DNA from: the human T2T-CHM13v2.0 reference genome, Homo sapiens
Reading direction: 5' to 3' (one strand)
DNA: 64,000 nucleotides
Assembly (NCBI RefSeq): GCF_009914755.1
Contig: NC_060940.1
In this document: positions 15,440 to 32,253 of the stretch, piece after piece
Layout of the letters: each line of letters begins with the position of its first letter
How positions within the stretch are numbered: position 1 is the first letter of the stretch
Made by a program: the position numbers and the translations under genes
Notes under the pieces: model-generated
The model's database searches: none
Told to the model about the DNA's origin: nothing
What the model saw: the letters and a program-made list of their open reading frames with translations, nothing else

Positions 15440-15960
15440 ACAGTTTCAGGATCTATCTAAAACAAATCCAGTAGTGTTACCAGCACCCTGCTTAATCCTT
15501 CAATGGCTCCCCATTGCCCTCGGGGTAAAGTCCAAATGCAAATACTTTAACTTGATTTTAAGGCATTGCAGGAGTCGGCCCCTTATCCAGGTCCTCCCAC
15601 ACATGCCTCAGGTCCCAGTACCGTCCCTTTTCCTTCTCTCTCTTCAGGGGCGTTTTACACATTGTTCTCTCTACCTGTAACACTCTTCTTCTTCCCTTAT
15701 CTTCCAACTTGTCTCTCTCCATAGGACTCAATGCAAATGTCACTTCCCACAGGAAGCCCTCCCTGATTACACCCCAGGTTGAATTTAGGATCCTATTCTC
15801 TGCACTCTCACTGTACCACCTTCTTATCTCTACCTTTGTCCAAGTCACCCTGGATTGTAATCGTCCATGTCCTTCACCATTTTCTCCACCAGGGGAGACA
15901 ATATCCCCAGTACTCAGCACAGAGCAGACAGGCAAGGAATGTGTGCTGAAGTCAGGAAGG
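15440..15960. mobile_element. L2 fragments
   Basis: ccttcaatggctccccattgccctc...aaatgtcacttcc. Confidence 0.55.
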
Positions 15961-16838
15961 AAGGAGGAGGTCTGAAAAACGGAATGGACCACCATTCTAC
16001 ACTCTAGGGTATAGTTCTCCCTGGGAACCGAGGCCTCAGTGGCTGCTCAAGGTCCCTTCCGTCATTTGAATCTCAAAGAGTCGCAGTCAGTGACACTCAG
16101 AGGCAGGATTCCAACTCAGAGAGACTGAGTATCAATGACCACACAGCCACATGCAGGCAAAATGGTGATGAGAATTCAAATCAAAGCTCTGCTGTGTTGC
16201 CAGCTCTTCCTACTCCCCAGATCTCCCCTTCCCCATGGAGGAGTCAGGGAAACGTCCAGGTGACGGCGTGGTGGCAGTGATGGGGAGGACAGGCACAGAA
16301 GGTATTTTCTCCTCCAGGTCTTCGTGGGCATCGGCCCCATGAATTATTCATCAGGAAATCAGCTTGAGGTAGTGTCTTAGTCTTAATTTTCAATTCCCCT
16401 AATGCTGGCCGATTCTCTGCTGAAAACTTTTCAATTATTAATGTTTCTAAAACAATATTTGTTTTCTCGGCATCTAGCAACAAGCAGAGGCCTCATAGCT
16501 AGTGAACCCACTCTGAAATTCCCAGAGAAAGGTTCAACTTGCTGAGGAGGCGTTTCAAAGGGGTCACGGGTCTGTTCGGCTGCAGCAGCCAGACTGAGAA
16601 CATCAGGTCCACACGGAGACAGGTACAGGGGTCCCCAGATCAGGAACCCCCAGGGAAGAAGAAACTATAATAATAGCAAAAGCAACTGCCATGTATACGT
16701 TCCATGCATGCAGTTTATTTTTCCCTATTATTTATTTCTTAAAAAACTTTGTGGGTAAGACATATATTCCCATTTTACAGATGAGAAAAGCGAGACTCAG
16801 CAAGGTGAGATCTTAGATCACGTTTCCACAGCTCACAG

Positions 16839-17683
<845 letters not shown>

Positions 17684-18411
17684 ATAGGTGAGAACAAGGC
17701 TTAGACTCATTTCCATTAATATATGACTCCAGGGCCAGTACATTCTCCACCTTGACCCAGTGGTGTTGCCTGAAATTTCAGTTGCATCATGAGAGAGGTA
17801 AAGTAGATACAAGAAATCACTTTCTGGAAACGTATTATTCTCAAAGGGCATTTGAAGCAAGGCATTGACTGAGGGGAGATATGAATGAGACAAAATTCTG
17901 GGGGTGAGGGTGGTGGACCTCAGAGAAGCCTAGAGCCCCTGGGAGTGACTATTCTCCTTTATTATGGGGGGAAGGGGTAGAAGACAATCCCCTTAAGCAG
18001 TGACAAACACTTCTTTGTGCCGCCTGTAACACCCAGCCCCAATCATAGACAGATGGCACCGTGGTGGTGCTAGAGTCTGGCAGAATAAAACGACCCAGGC
18101 TTGTGAGTCAGACCATCCTGGCAAGGTGTCCCAGCTCAACCACCTCTGAGCCAGTCCCTTAAGCCCTCTGAGCCTCACTTTGCCATCTCTGTGAAATGGA
18201 GCAACACCAGCCCTGCCTCATCATCTGAGATAATGCCCGTGGCCAGCCTGGTACACAGTGAGAGGCCCACAAATGCCAGCCTGCCTTTCCCTTTGCTCAG
18301 CTGAGCCAGGGGCTGACATTTTCAGAAAAAGTCTTGCCAAAGCACAAGGAGAAGGGCAGAAAGGGAACAAACAGAGAAAATATTATTCTTTCTCAAGGCT
18401 GTTTCATTGCC

Positions 18412-18576
18412 ACATAGTGGTGGCGGGTTTTCTACATTTTCTTTTTGCCTCATATATCCCAGACTTGGAACCAAAGAAGCCAGCAATCCAGAAACACCAC
18501 CAGGCACAGACAAAAAAGCACCAACAAAAGCTGGTTCTTTCCAGCCAAAGGAATAGGAAAAGGACAACCGGGCAAG
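18412..18576 (+). repeat. Dispersed direct copy of 24139-24299
   Basis: By eye 7 substitutions and 2 small indels over about 161 bp. Confidence 0.92.
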
Positions 18577-19459
18577 ATTGCAAGGAATAAAATCCACTCA
18601 AAATATCTGGGACAAAAGTAGTAGCTTCCCGTGAGAACAGAGCATCTCAGGGGACATAGGCCCCGGGTCAGAACTGTTTCTGGTGGTGTCTCCATCCCTC
18701 TCTGAACTCCAATGCCTTACTTCCCTGCCCGTCCTGTGTCGGCTTCCGGCTCCTTTCTGCAAACTGGCGTTCCCTGCTTCTCCATGGGGCCACATGTGCA
18801 CGGCAGGGCTCCCTGGGGTTCAAGTCTTTATTCAAGTGCTCAGGGGTCCGAACAGCATCATTCTGAAGTCTGATTGGCCCAGCTTACTGTCAGGGATGCC
18901 TCCTGGACCAATCAGACGGGCCGGGGGTGGGCTCACTGAGTATACAGGGCTCACTGGGTAAAGGTGGCTGCGGGGGCTATGTCCAGGGCAAGGGCAGTGC
19001 TTACGTGCAGTGGCTGGCCTCCAGGGTAACCCCCAATAACCCTGTCTCCAGGCGTTTGTGCCCTTATATGCCCCCCAGCCTTGCACGTAGGCTGGCCCAG
19101 GGATTCACTACTAATAAATAGAACATTGCAAAAGGGATGGGATGTCACTTCCAAGATGAGGTTAGAAAAGCCCCTGGCTTCCCTCATGCTGGCCTTCTCC
19201 TGTCTCTCTTGCTTTCTCTCCTGCTCACTTGAAGCCAGCTGCCATGTCAGGCGCTTTGCATTAAGAGTCCCACGTGGCCAGGAAACAATGTCTCAGGTCA
19301 ACAGCCGCCTCTGGCTTGGGTCACTGGGCAGATGATGTAAGAAAGTCCAGAGGAGGGGTAGGGAGATCAGTGGACTCAGTCCTGGCCAGGTGGGGTAAGA
19401 ACTGCCCAGAGGACCCCCAAGTGGAGATAGCAGAAACCATGGCACTCCTGATACCTTAA

Positions 19460-19870
19460 ATTGGGTGCTCTGGAACAGATTCTGAGCCAGGGGGTTGGGT
19501 GAGGTTTATGGGGAATGTTGTCAGGAATGACTCCGCACAGAAGTGAGGAAGTCTGGGAGGGAGACGCTGGCCTGCAGTGTGACTGCACACGAGGCTGCTG
19601 TCAGTCCTGTGTTAAGTCCCAGAGTTGGACGGCAGTTCAGGGTTGCCCTGAATTGAGACTAAGGGCCCCAGCTTTTGTAGACCCACATCAGCCCAGGCTG
19701 CCTCCCAGAGTGGATACACCTGGGCAGAGCAGGTCCCTGTGGCCGAGGACAGTCTCCAGCTAGCAGTGCAGCTGACGGTCTGCAGCTTGTAGTCCCAGAA
19801 GCTCAGGAAGGTGGCCTGGAAGGAGCAATGCGGGTTAAGCCCCTGCCCTATTTCCAATCTGCATCCCATT
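19460..19870 (-). mobile_element. ERVL LTR (LTR33/LTR16-like); MLT1 fragments upstream (about 19070-19458)
   Basis: ggaacagattctgag...agttcagggttgccctgaattgag. Confidence 0.5.
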
Positions 19871-20425
19871 CTGGCTCCCTGGAGGGCTGGGGGTGCTGTG
19901 AGGATCAGCCTGCAGCTCGACCCCTCACCTGCATTAGCCAGGCACCGAGATGATGGCGTGCTCTTTGCTCTCCCACTCTGCCCGCTGTGCCCACAGAGCG
20001 GCTCCTTCTAATGTATTTTTTATAAATAGAGCTGGGTTTTCCTTTGATGCAAACACCAGAAGCAATTAGAGTCACTTGTTACCACATTTTCTGTTCTGTG
20101 GCTGATCTCTGGAGCATCAGGACAAGTTGTCATCATCACCACCAGGGGCACAAGAACCCACCACCGGGGGCTCACAGGGCCGGGGGCTGCCTCCCAAGGG
20201 CTGGACAGGTTCTCTCCCCAGAGGCTCTCTCACACCCCGCAGCTGATTCACTAGCAAATCCTACTGGATGTCCCTTCAGAGTACATCTAGGATTCGATTT
20301 CTCACCACCTCCTTGACCACCTTGGTCCAAGCCTGCAGCATCTCTCACCTGACCATCACAGCTACCTCCTCAAATCTCCCTGCTTCTGCTCATCCTTGCC
20401 TCACTACAGCACAGCAGCCAGACTG

Positions 20426-20970
20426 ATCCAGCAATCCCACAACTGGGTATCTACCCCAAAGGCGGAAAAACTCATTCTATGAAAAAGACACATGCACACG
20501 TATGTTTATTGCAGCACAACTCAAACTTGCAAAGACAGAGAACCAACCTAAGTGCCCACTGGCCAATGAGTGGATTTTTAAAATGTGGTACATACACACC
20601 ATGGAATAATACTAGCCATAACGAGGAATGAAATCATGTCTTTTGCAGCAACTTGGATGGAGTTGGAGACCATTATTCTAAGTAACTTAAGAATGGAAAA
20701 CCAAATACCGTTATGTTCTCACTTGTAAGTGGGAGCTAAGCTAGGAGTATGCAAAGGCCTACAGAGTGGTATAATGGAAACTGGAGACTCAGAAGGTGGA
20801 GGGTGGGAGGGGAGCAGGAAATAAAAACTATGTATTGGGTACAATGTACACTACTTGGGTGATGGGTGCACTAAAATCTCAGAATTCATCACTACATAAT
20901 TCATCCATGTAACAAAAAACCTCTTGTACCCCAAAAGCTGTTGAAGTAAAAAGAATATTTAAGTAAGAAA
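20426..20970 (+). mobile_element. L1PB/L1MA 3' end interrupting an L2
   Basis: gatccagcaatcccacaactgggtatctacc...atccatgtaacaaaaaacc. Confidence 0.85.
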
Positions 20971-20973
20971 ACG

Positions 20974-21287
<314 letters not shown>

Positions 21288-21577
21288 CTAAGTCAGATGA
21301 TGTATATCCTCTGCTCAAAATCATGCTGTGGCCCCCACCTCACTCTGAGAAAAACCCATACAAACCAATACCATGGCCTTTCTGGGCTCATTTCTGCTTC
21401 CCTTCCGCTCGCTCATTCTGCTCCCTTCACAATTGCCTCCTTCAAACTCAACAGGCACATTCCTGCCCCAGGACCTTTGCACTTGCTTTTCCTCCATCCT
21501 GGAGTATTTTTACAGCCCCACCTCCTGCAGACTGCCATTCTGATATCATCTCTTTAGCAAGGCTCTCCCTGACCACC

Positions 21578-21872
<295 letters not shown>

Positions 21873-22126
21873 TGACTGCCCTGTTTTGACTTGCAGACTC
21901 TCACCACCTCTCCCATCACTCTGCCCTGGTCCATTTCCTCCCTTCATGAGTTGATGCCTGACAGGTCACATATTTTCCTTGTTTATTTTATTCATTGTTT
22001 GTCTTTCCCTTTATCTTCATGGGGGCAGAGATTTTTGCCTTTTTTGTTCAGTAACTAGAATGCTACCTCGTGCTTAGTAGGAAAGTTCAATATTTATTGA
22101 TTGCATGAATTTAAAAATGAATGACA

Positions 22127-22469
<343 letters not shown>

Positions 22470-23319
22470 TCACAACAGCCCTTACAGGTGGGTATTATTA
22501 TCCCCATTTAACAGATGAGAAAACTGAGAATCCCGAAGGCTGGATGCCCTGGCCAAGGGCACACAGCTCACCAGTGGCCAAGGCAGAGTTCACATTAGGT
22601 TGGGTTTCCCCACGCCACCTCTTTCACTCGCACCTGCGGCTCCTTCCTCCAGGAAAGTTCTTCTCGTGGCTGGCTCCGTCTCCAGCTCAAAGTCAGCTCC
22701 TTGGAGAGGCTTCCCTGACCTCCCTGCTTCTCTGTTACTCTCACTGTGTCCCTTCATTTCCTTCACGACCCACTGGACATTCTGAAGTTACCTGCTGCCT
22801 GCCTGTCCAGGTGTAGGTGAAATGACAGAGGCTCAGGAAGGGTGCCATTTGGAGGACAGCGAGGTCCTTGAAGATGGCCTCAGGCTTCTGTCCACAATGC
22901 CTTCTCTAGGGGAACTCACAAATGCATAGAAAATCAACTAGCCAAATGACCAATTTACCAGGTAATTGATTCACTAAATATTTGTTTCTATTCTACTTAG
23001 GAAGTTTCAGCAATTTGTGTTGCAAATCGTTTTGGCAGGCTTTGAGGAATTTTTTTTTTTTTTTGAAGTTTGGGTCTCATTGTAGCCAGAGGGAGGGGCC
23101 ATCCCTGTGCCGCCTCCACGTGCCTGCCTTCTGCCTTCAAAACAACTGGGAATGTGCCCCCAAAGCCTCCTCTAACATGGCTGCTATGGCCACAGCCCTC
23201 AGGCAGGGCATCGGAAGGGAGGCCTCCTGACCAGCTTTTGGGTAGCTGGACCCATCACAAACACATGCTCCCAGCCAGGCCCAGGCCATTGCCATGCCAG
23301 ACTGGGTCATTTCAAAGGC

Positions 23320-23982
<663 letters not shown>

Positions 23983-24540
23983 GAACTTACATACCCAGGA
24001 AAATATAGTAGACATGCTTTTTCCTATTCTTCCCATAAACACAACTAAAAACCCTGGCGATTATACATAAAATAATCATGAGATTCTGAAGGGTAGAGAG
24101 AAGAAGGTAGGGTGGCCAAGGACATTGGGACCCAAGGTACATAGTGGTGGGTTTTCTACATTTTCTTTTTGCCTCATATATCCTGGACTTGGAACTGAAG
24201 AAGCCAGCAATCCAGAAACACCACTAGGCAGAGACAAAAAATCACCAACAAAAGCTGGTTCTTTCCACCAAAGGAATAGGAAAAGGACAACCGGGCAAGG
24301 CAGAATCGTTTTAACAATAGCCACTGTCCTCCATCCAAACACCAGAGAACAGCACTATGTCCTTCCCCACTCATGTCAGCCAAGGGTGAGTGGGTTGACT
24401 ACACCATCATCTCTACCAGGCTGTAATGAGGCACCCACCCTCTCCTAGGGTGATAGCAGAGGAGGTCAAATATGGAATTCATCCCCCCCAGGGTGGGAAA
24501 CAGCCCCCATCACCTACAGCATCAATAGAAACTACATGGA

Positions 24541-24829
24541 GGCCAGGTGCAGTGGCTCACGGCTGTAATCCCAGCACTTAGAGAGGCTAAGGCAGGTGGA
24601 TCACTTGAGGCCAGGAGTTCGAGACCAGTCTAGCCAACATGGTGAAACTCCATCTCTACAAAAAAAAATAATTAGCTAAGCATGGTGGCACACGCCTGTA
24701 ATCCCAACTACTTGGGAGGCTGAGGCAAGAGAATCACTTGAACCTGGGGGGCCCAGAGGTTGCAGTGAGCTGAGATCATGTCACTGCACTCCAGCCTGGG
24801 TGATAGAGTGAGACCCTGCCTCAAAAAAA
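24541..24829 (+). mobile_element. Alu nested in L1
   Basis: TSD agaaactacatgga. Confidence 0.95.
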
Positions 24830-25477
24830 GAGAAACTACATGGAGAGCCTGGACTTCATCAGACAGTCATGAGGCACCTCCCACTATCTCAGAGTTAGAA
24901 ATTTCACCACTGTCCTGTGATAATGAGGCCACCAAGCCCATGGTGTCATTGGAGACCAAGTATAGAACAAAGATGAGGCACTCCTCCCCTCCCAGCCAGG
25001 GAGGTATCAGTGGAGGCCTAGCAAGGGGCAGCCCCCTGACCTCCTGCCCAGCAGTAACAAGGAGCCCCTCCCCTCTTGAGTATCAACAGAGATCAAATGG
25101 GGAACCTAGCCTTCTACCCCACCTGGAAATAGTGAGGTGGTACCCTCCCATCCCCTACTGGAATAGGATCAGAGGAAGCCAGCCAAAACAGAAGATTCAA
25201 ATAAGATACGGAGTCTCACAACATAATACAAAAATGTCCAGATTTCAATCAAAAATCACCTAGTATACCAAAATCTAGGAAGATCTCAACTTGAATGTAA
25301 AAAAGATAATCAGTAGATGACAACACTGAAATGACAGAGATATTAGAATTATCTACCAAGAAGCCCTGGCAAAAAACTAAAAGTCACTGAAAGATTTCAA
25401 GGCAGCCATCATAAAAACACTTCCCCAAGCAATTATACACTTGAAACAAATGAATAAATAGAAGTTCTCCAGAAAGA

Positions 25478-26060
25478 AAACAGTGTGGAGATTCCTTAAA
25501 GAACTCAAAGTAGTACTACCATTTGATCCAGCAATCCCACTACTGGGTGTCTACCCAGAGGAAAAGAAGTCATTATATGAAAAAGATACTTTCATACGCA
25601 TGTTTATAGCTGCACAATTTGCAATTGCAAAAATTTGGAACCAAACCCAATGCCCATCAACCAACAAGTAGATAAAGAAACTGTGGTGTATATATATGCT
25701 GGGATACTGCTCAGCCATAAAAAGGAATGAACTAATGGCATTCGCAGGAACTGGGATCGGAGACTATTATTCTAAGTGAAGTAACTCAGGAATGGAAAAC
25801 CAAACATCGTATGTTCTTGCTCATAAGTGGGAGCTAAGCTACAAAGATGCAAAGGCATAAGAATGACACAATGGACTTTGGGGACTCAGGGGGGAAACGG
25901 TGGGAAGGGGGTGAGGAATAAAAGACTACAAATTAGGTACAGTGTATACTACTCGGGTGATGGTTGCACCAACATCTCACAAATCACCAATAAAGAACTT
26001 ACTCATGTAACCAAACACCACCTGTTCCCCAAAAACCTATGGAAATAAAAAATTTTTTAA
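25478..26060 (+). mobile_element. L1PB 3' end nested in L1M
   Basis: MWRFLKELK...PFDPAIPLLG ORF2 C-terminus; TSD aagttctcca(g/c)aaagaaa. Confidence 0.88.
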
Positions 26061-26517
26061 AAAGTTCTCCACAAAGAAATGGAGTCTTCACAAAGATACA
26101 GAAAATATCAAAGACAACCCACTGCAAATGTTCGAACTGAAACATGCAATACGTGAAATTAAAGAACTCAATGGTTGGGCTCAACCACATAAAGGAGAGG
26201 ACAGAGGAAAGAGTAAGTGAACTTGAAGACAGAATAATATAAACTACCTCATCTGAATATCAGAGAGAAAATTGACTTCTCAAAACTGGAGCAAAACTTC
26301 AAGGACCTCTGGGACTGCAGCAAAAAATCTAACATTAAAGTCACAGAAGAAAAGAAGAAAGAGGATGGGGCTGAAAAGTCACCCAAGGATATCAGGGTAG
26401 AAAACTTCCCAAATTTGGCAAAAAAACATAAACCTACAGAGTCAACAAGCTCAGCAAACTGCAAAGAGAATAGAACCAAAGAAATCCACACCAAGACACA
26501 TCACAGTCCACTTCTGA

Positions 26518-26857
<340 letters not shown>

Positions 26858-28700
26858 TGAGACTGCCAAGAAAAATATATTGAAAGCAGTGAGAGAAACA
26901 AGATTTTGCCCATGGAGAAAAACAATTCAGGTGACCTTGGATTTCTCATCAAAAGCCATGAAACCCAGAAGGAAGTAGCCACAACATTTTTCTGGTGCTG
27001 TAAGAAAAGAACTGTCAATGCAAAATTCTATAGCAAAAATTCTACAGCAGAAATTATCCTTCAGGGTGAAGGAAAATCAAGACATTAGCAGGTGAAGGAA
27101 TACTGAAATAATTTGCCATGAGCAGAGCCGCTTTGAAAGAATGGCTAAAGGAAGTTCCCTCAACAGAAGGAAACTCATAAAAGGAGGAAATCTGAAACAA
27201 TGGGAAGAAAAAACAACAGAGAGTAAAAATATGAGTAGGTTCACAATGTTTTTCTTCTCCTCTTGAGTTTTCTAAATTATGAATAATGGCCAATTCAAAA
27301 ATTATAATGCTATCTTATGTGTTTCTAATTGTACATAGAAGAAATATTTATGACAATTGTATTATAAAGTGCATGGCTGAAGGGACAAAAAGGGAGGAAA
27401 GTTTTCTGCATTTCACTTGAACTGGTGAAATGTTTACACCAGTAGATTGTTATAAATTAGGTGTATGTAATGTAATATCCAGACCAATTTCTAAAAAAGC
27501 CATACAAAGAGATACACTCAAAAACACTGTAGATAATTAAAATGGAAATCTAAAAATTGTTCAGGTAACCCAGAGGAAGGCAGGAAAAAGAAAACAGATA
27601 AATGAAAAGCAGAGAGGACAAACGTGAAAAATAAAATGGCACACTTAAGCCCTAACATATAAATAGTCAAATTAAATATAAGTAGTCTAAATATGTCAAT
27701 TAAAAGACAGAGACTGGCATAGAAACACAGCTATTTGCTCTCTACAGAAACTCTCATCAAATATAACAATGTAGGTAAGTTAAAAGTACAAGAATTGATC
27801 AATATGTATCCTGCAAATATTAACCAAAAAAGCAATATATCTTATACATTAATATTAGATAAGGTAGACTTCAGAGCAAAAATAATTACTAGAGACAGAA
27901 AAGAACACCACATAAATATTAAACGGTCAATTTACCAAGAAGACATAGCAATCCTAGATGTGTATAAAGCAAACGACAGAGCTATAAAATATGTGGAGCA
28001 AAAACTGCTAGAACTGAAAGGAGAAAGACAAATACACCATTCTAGTTGGAGATATTAGCACCTTCTCTCAACAATTGATAAAACAACTAGTCAGAAAAAT
28101 CAGCAAAGGTTTAGAAGAACTCAACAATACCACTTATTGAGAAATCCACCAGTAGGATTTAATCGACATTTATAGAACACTCCATCCAACATCAGCAGAA
28201 TATACATTCAAGTGTCCCCAAAATATATACCCGAATAGACTATATCTTATGCCATAAAACAAACTTCAATAAATTTAAACGAATTTAAACCATAGAGAGT
28301 GTGTTCTCTGATGACAGTGGAATCAAAGTAGAAATCAATAACCGAGAGAAAACAGTAAAATCTCCAAATATTTGGAAACTAAATAACACACTTCTAAAAA
28401 ATCATAGGTCAAAGAGGAAGTCTCAAGGGAAATTTTAAAATGCACTGAACTCAACAAAAATGAAAATACAATATAATAAAATCAATGCACGCAGTTAAGC
28501 AATGTTGAAAGGGATAATTTTAGCACTAAATCCTTGCATGAGAAAGGAGGAAAATTCTCAAATAATAGTCCAAGCTACTATCTCAAAAACCTGGGGAAAA
28601 AAAGAGTAAAATAAAACTGAAGAAAGCGGAAGAAAGATGCAAATAGAAATCAATAAAATTGAAAGGAAAGCAATAGAGAAAATCAATTAAACAAAAGCTA

Positions 28701-29067
<367 letters not shown>

Positions 29068-30533
29068 GACACAAATTGCCAACATCAAAGGTGAAACAAA
29101 GAGTCACTGCAGACATTGCAGACATCAAAAGAATGATAATAAAGGAATACTATGAACAACTCTATATACACGAATTTAACCAATTTCTTAAAAAGTGCAG
29201 ACTGTCACACCTCAAACAATGTGAAATAGGTAATTTGAATAACCCTTTAACTATTAATAAAATTGAATTTATAATTTAAAACCTTCCAAAAAAAGAAGTT
29301 TCCAGGCCCAGATGGTTTCACTGAAGAATTCTATCAAAAGTTTAAAGAAAATACATTTGAAAATACAATGAAATCTATATAATATCTTCCAGAAAATAGA
29401 AGAGAAGGGCACTTCCCAATTCATTTTATTAAGCTAATATTTCACTGTTACCAATATCAGACAAATACAGTACAACAAAAAGAAAACTACAGATCAATAA
29501 CCCTCATAGATATGAGGGCAAAAATCTTCTTTAATAAAATATTAGCAAATAGAATTTAGCAATATATTTTTAAAAATACACTATGACTTAGTAGTTTACT
29601 CCAGGTATGTAAGGCTGACTTGACATTGGCAAATCAGTCAGTGAAATCCACCATATTAACAGGCTAACAATGAAAAAAGTCACATGGTCATATCAATTGA
29701 TAGAGAAAAAGTATCTAGCAAAATCCAACATTCATTCATATTAGAAAAAAAAACTCTCATAGAACTAGAAGTAGAGAGGAACTTCCTCAAATTGATAAAG
29801 AACATGTACAATATACCTACAACTGCCATTATACATAATGGTGCAAGACCAAATACTGTCTCCCTAAGATTGGGAAAAAGTCAAGGATGTCTGCTCTCAC
29901 CACTCTTATTCAACAGAGTACTGAAATGTATAGCAAGAGCAATTAAGCAAGAAAAGGAAATAAAAGGCATACAGATCAGAAAGAAAGAAATAAAACAGTC
30001 CCTATTTGCAGATAACATGATTTTGTTTACATATAGAAAATCCCAAGGAATCTCCAAAAAAAAGGAAGCTCCTAGAATAAGTAAGTTCAGCAAGTTTGCA
30101 GGATACAAGATAAATATACAAAAATCTTTTGCATTTCTGCATGCTAGTAATGAACACATGGACATTGAAATTAAAAATATAATACCATTTACAATTGCCT
30201 TCCCTTTGAAAAATGAAATACTTAAGGAAAAATCTAACAAAACACATATAGGACTTTTATACTGAAAACTACAAATCCCCTACCTCACTCTAGTCCTGGT
30301 TCTTGCATGAACTGCCCAAGGCTCTGTTTAAGATCTTGTGATTTGGGCAAATTGACCATTAGACAGATGAGTGATTTTTGGCTAATTGCTTTTGATAATT
30401 TGGCTGTGGATTAGTTGCTCCCAGTTGCTCAGAGGTAGGAGGGAAGAGGCTGGGTGTAAGTTAGAACTGAATATGACCCAGGCCTAAAAAACCATTTTAA
30501 GGAATCTGGCCACTCTCCTCAGGGCAATGGGCA

Positions 30534-30910
30534 TGCATCATTTTGCTAGGGCTGCCATAACCAAGTACCACAGGCCGGGAAGCTTCAGCAACAGACATTT
30601 ATTTTCTCACAGTTCTGGGGGCTGGAAGTCCAAGATCAAGGTGCCAGCAGGGTTGGTTTCTCCTGAGGCCTCTCTCCCTGGCTTGTAGATGACTGCCTTC
30701 TCCCTGTGCCCTCAGTGGTCTTCTCTCTGCTCATGTCTGTCCTAAATCTCTTCTTCTTATAAGGACACAAGTCATAGTGGATGAGGGCCCACCTCCAATG
30801 ACCTCATTTAACTTTAATCACCTCCATAAAGACCATTCCTCCAAATACAGTCACAATCCAAGGTACTGGACATTAGGACTTCAATATATGAACTGGAAGC
30901 ATGGGGCAGA
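30534..30910 (-). mobile_element. MaLR LTR (MLT1B/C-like)
   Basis: gctagggctgccataaccaagtaccacag...gaagtccaagatcaagg. Confidence 0.85.
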
Positions 30911-31086
30911 GGTGGTTCACATTTGTGTTATTTGTTGTCCTCTGGCTTTGCTATGGAAACTGGTGGAAGGTAAGAGAGGAGGCAGGGAGACCCATTAGGA
31001 GGCTGTCACCATCTCCCAGATAGGAAGGTAGGGGTCCACACTGAGGCAGAGGCATTGCAGGTAGAGAAAAACCTACAAATTCAGGG

Positions 31087-31790
31087 GTGTCCTAGCCAGG
31101 GCTCCCCTAAAAGCAGACCACAGACAAGGACTTGGATGCACATAGCTCATTTGGGAGGTGATCTCAGGAAGCACAAGTGAAGACGCAGGGAAAGAGTGAC
31201 AGGGAAGGGAGATGAGCCAATAAAGGGTGTACCATGGAGCAAGTTACTCCTGGGGGTCCCTGGAGCTCAATCCCACTGAGGAGCATCTAAGCAACCAAAC
31301 AGAACTGCCCACTGGAGGACAGGGGGCATGAGGAATTTACCACCAACTCCCATCCCCCACTGGCTGAAGGGAGCCCCCAGGGGTGTGAGACCCGATGCAT
31401 ATCTGGGTTGCATGTGCACATAGCTGAATGACCTTGGAGATTTCAAAGCAGCACTGTCTAATAGAACTTTCTGTGATGATAGAAATGTTTTGTGTTGTTT
31501 GATATGATCCCCACTAGCCACATGTTTCTACTCAGCACTTGGAATGTGGCCGATGCCACTGGGGAACTCAATTTTTCATTTATATCTCACTTTCATTTGT
31601 TCTAATTTATATAATCATATGTGGTAGTGGCCACTATGTTGCATAGCACAGCTTTGGAGAAAGCAAAGCAGAGACCTTGCTGTGCACTTATGAAATAGAG
31701 TGCTAGCAGGGACAGGGAAGTGTCCACCATAGCCGTGCTAAATCTGGAGGGCCAAGGGGCTGGGGAGTGGGAGACTGGCACAAAGAGAGG
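31087..31790 (-). mobile_element. ERVL LTR (LTR16/LTR67-like) interrupted by MER3
   Basis: aagcagaccacagacaaggacttgg...atttgggaggtgatctcaggaagc. Confidence 0.5.
31448..31655. mobile_element. MER3 (hAT-Charlie)
   Basis: cactgtctaatagaactttctgtgatgat...gtagtggccactatgttgcatagcacag. Confidence 0.75.
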
Positions 31791-31847
31791 GAGAATCAAC
31801 ATGACTTGGTGTTTCACTGGATATAGGGGTGAGTGTCTCCAGGTAAG

Positions 31848-32253
31848 GTGTGTTAGTCTGTTTTGCGCTGCTATAACAAAAATACCTGGGACGGGGCAAT
31901 TTTTAAAGGACAGAAAGTTACTTTCTCACAGTTCTGGAGGCTGGAAAGTCCAAGATCACAGCACCAGCAGATTTGATATCTGGTGAGGGCCGCTCTCTGC
32001 TTCCAAGATGGCACCTTGACACTGCATCCTCCAGAGGAGAGGAATGCTGTGTCCTCGAATGGCAGAAAGTGAGAAGTAAAAGACTCCCTCCACCAAGCCC
32101 TTTTATAAGGGCACCTAATCCCATTCAAGAGGGCTCCACCCTCATGACTCGATCACCTCCAAAAGGCCCACTTCTTAATATGGTTACATTAGCAATTTAA
32201 CATGAGTTTCAACATGAGTTTTGGAGGAGAACAAACTTTCAAACCATACCACA
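31848..32253 (-). mobile_element. MaLR LTR (MSTD/MLT1A-like)
   Basis: tgtgttagtctgttttgcgctgctataac...aaaccataccaca. Confidence 0.8.
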
